Shown here: positions 61,542 through 64,000 of the stretch, piece after piece
Layout: each line of letters begins with the position of its first letter
Position numbering within the stretch: the first letter of the stretch is position 1
From: Candidatus Bathyarchaeota archaeon
GTDB taxonomy: Archaea > Thermoproteota > Bathyarchaeia > 40CM-2-53-6 > RBG-13-38-9
Length of the DNA stretch: 64,000 bases
Reading direction: 5' to 3'
Assembly (NCBI GenBank): GCA_963807605.1
Contig: CAWECG010000001.1
Location: 320,001-384,000, forward strand
The notes under the pieces: generated by a model
What the model saw: only the letters and a program-made list of their open reading frames with translations
What the model was told of the DNA's origin: nothing
Databases searched by the model: none
Made by a program: the position numbers and the translations under genes

Positions 61542-62667
61542 TAGCCTCTTGCAATATTCTTGGGCTTAACATGAAGATGTATACGTGTTTTTGATCATAA
61601 GATCGATGAGCTTTACACCCACTCATGCCGTTTCTGGTGAAAAAGAAGTGAGCGAGTGTAAGGCTCTGTATGATCTGTTTCAGGCTTTGGATTTAACGTT
61701 TGTAGAACAAGTCTTAGAAAGAAGCTATGGAAGAAGAAGCAGCGTCGGCAGACCCCATAGAAATTTACTTGGAATGTTCAAAGCAGAGCTTGTCAAACGG
61801 CTAAGACACATAGAAAGCTACGAGGAACTATACCGACTTCTATGGAGCGACGGTGAACTCTGCAAACTCTGCGACATCAAGGAATCAGAGAATCCATATC
61901 ACCCATCAATACTTCTGAGGTTTCGACGTAGAATAGGCCCTCAAGGATTTCACCGCCTCATGAACCGTCTGATCAAACAGCTTGACCACATGGACATTCT
62001 GGACTCTGAAATCCTAGCGTTAGACGTCACATTCATCAAAGCTTACAGTCGAAGAGATCCTCACAATACCCAGTGTGGATTATCCGATTCTGAAGCCAGA
62101 TTACGAAAACAAGGTAGAAACGTGATCTTAGGCTACGGCATACACCTTGCTGTAGACACCATCAGCGAGATGCCGCGGGCAGTCACCATAGAACCTGCAA
62201 ATGTAAATGAGAAAAAAGTTGCACCCCACCTCCTCCATAAAGCATTGAAGAAGAAACATAGGTGGAAGAGCATGACTGCAGACTCACAATACTCCAGCGA
62301 AGCTTTCAGAGACAAGGCAAGATCTATGGGCATAGAACCAATCATACCTTACCCTAGAAACCAGATGAAGGGCAAACAGGTTCTACGAATCGACCGGAAG
62401 TTCCGCTCACACGGACCTGCCCGTCTGAAACAACTGTATAAACGTCGATCCTCAGTGGAGAGAACATTCTCAAGACTCAAGACACACTTCGGATTGTCTC
62501 AGCTTCGAACACGCGGCCTAAGAAACGTCATATCACATGTACTTCTCTGTCTGCTGGCTCTACTGGCAACTGCCTTATCCGCGATCAAGCACGGACACAT
62601 CGATAAAATGCGGTCACCAATCCAGTTCACAAAATTAACACAGAAAATATAATATTGCAAGAAGCTC
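61542..62667 (+). mobile_element. IS copy 3 (1126 bp); transposase 61585..62652 identical in protein to copy 2
   Basis: TIRs; flanks GCGCGC / ACGCGC. Confidence 0.92.
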
Positions 62668-62673
62668 ACGCGC

Positions 62674-63073
62674 GTTCGCTTCGGATTTTCGTGGTGCATT
62701 GTTCAGAGGAGAACATCATGGTTTCTATTTGAGCGATATCTGGGTGTGGCTTCGTAGGCCACTCGAAGAAACTTGTCTCTTTGAGGAAGGCTCCCATCAA
62801 CATAATGCCCATCAGGAAGAGTATTACATTGAAGCTTGCAAACCAAGGAATTTTTCTTATTCAGTATGTTTGCGCCTACGAGTAGAACGGTGAGGGCAAG
62901 GACGAAGAAAAGTCTGAAACGTCAGAATGGTATGGTACCATAGACGATAGATAGAAGGCTGCGGTCGCAACCGCCTGGAGTACGTAGCCCAAGCAGTGAT
63001 AGCAGAGCGCGAGGCACCATGAGGAAAACGAATGTTGCCGCAGCTCTCCTTTCGGTCGAGGTCTTCGACAACA
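62674..63073 (-). pseudogene. Degraded ArsB/NhaD/SLC13-type permease N-terminus, interrupted by the IS
   Basis: FNVILFLMGIMLMGAFLKETSFFEW in a shifted frame. Confidence 0.5.
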
Positions 63074-63427
63074 CTATATGGCCTGTATATTTCTTTCGTT
63101 GGTTCTTATTTTGATTATGTCTTCTATTGGATATACAATGATCTTGCCGTCGCCAACTTCTCCTGTCAATGTTGCCTCACGTATAGCCGTGCAGACTTTT
63201 TCCGTGTCCTTATCCTCGAGGTAGAGTTCTATCTTGATCTTTGGAAGAAAGTCCACCTTTATGACTGATCCGTCATGTCTTTGAAGCAAACCTTTCTGTC
63301 GGCCTCTGCCCTCAACTCTTGTGACTGTCATTCCGATTACGCCAATCTTCTCAAGTTCGGCGCTGGCAAGCCCAAGCATCTCTGGCCGGATTATGGCCTC
63401 AATTTTTCTCAGGTTAGACTCAGACAT
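63074..63427 (-). CDS. glnK: P-II family nitrogen regulator
   Basis: KIEAIIRP, GRGRQKG, GEVGDGKI, IRTNE. Confidence 0.9.
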   Translation of the reverse strand: MSESNLRKIEAIIRPEMLGLASAELEKIGVIGMTVTRVEGRGRQKGLLQRHDGSVIKVDFLPKIKIELYLEDKDTEKVCTAIREATLTGEVGDGKIIVYPIEDIIKIRTNERNIQAI

Positions 63428-64000
63428 TTCTTTTACCTCTCATCACCTGCAAAGAAAAACAGGAAACGCAGTTAGCCAAGTACGGTCCTCGCCTTAATAT
63501 ATCATAATTACACCTGGAAACGATTTCTGGTTACAGCAAAGATATGTTTTACAGATATTCTGCTCACAAATATCAAAAATCATAGTTTCTGTTCACAGCT
63601 ATGTCATGAAATAGTGGATTCGTGGCCGAAGATTAGTGCTGCCAAGAGATGTACGTTTCGCGCCTAAAGGTTGCTAGGCTGCAAAGAACGGTGAGAAGAA
63701 ACGGATGGATTCGCATGCCAGCTGGATCCCTAGCAACGGTGGAACCAATCTTGAAGCCCATGAATTGAGGATTGGCCGGCGTTTAGTAGAGAGCAAATTT
63801 TGTAAACATTTGTAAGTGGCTAATCATAAGGTTGGATCTGCTAGCGAAAAGCAAGTATATGTTATAAAAATGAATTATAGGGCAGATTTTTCTATTATTT
63901 CTAACATTTTTTCCCTACCTCTGTTATAAAGATGATATATATTGTAGATACCTCACTACTTGCGAACATTAATGATGAGAATGACGAAAATAACTAACAA

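Noticed and set aside
23581-62667. Classical integron (IntI plus attC)
   Set aside because: No convincing RYYYAAC...GTTRRRY hairpins found; genes face both ways; the integrase shows no recognisable IntI features
610-63475. Numerous short antisense or overlapping ORFs in the track
   Set aside because: Shadows of well-supported genes with no motifs

Overview
Archaeal DNA, probably Bathyarchaeia/TACK-like. This is inferred from the PEF-CTERM surface protein, a Cas1-solo remnant, queC/queT without tgt, GGTGA/GGAGG-type RBSs and frequent TTG/GTG starts. 1-5.8 kb is ordinary housekeeping: B3/B4 protein, P1B ATPase, HPr-kinase-like protein, phosphoesterase, RraA. About 6-22.3 kb is a decayed integrative element. 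It carries small virus/plasmid-like genes, an intact type I R-M locus (hsdRMS), DUF5131 and hsdM remnants, a PQQ-repeat surface protein, a truncated casposase-like cas1 and a tyrosine integrase. After leuB, about 23.6-62.7 kb is a mosaic of one- or two-gene modules (defence-like, redox, hydrolase and surface genes, many truncated). The modules are punctuated by two recurrent non-coding signals. The first is the palindrome GCGCGCGC (16 copies counted between 26.9 and 58.9 kb, none seen before 26.9 kb); its GCGCGC hexamer is also the target duplication of three 1126-bp IS copies. The second is a modular site family built on a GCTC(TC)ACCA core. About ten of these sites have exact tRNA 3'-end geometry (GGTTCAAAT-N12-ACCA), occur in tandem mini-arrays, and delimit or truncate genes. 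Together they suggest an integron-like, attC-less gene-cassette platform; this is the main candidate novel system. No complete tRNA, rRNA or canonical CRISPR array was recognised.
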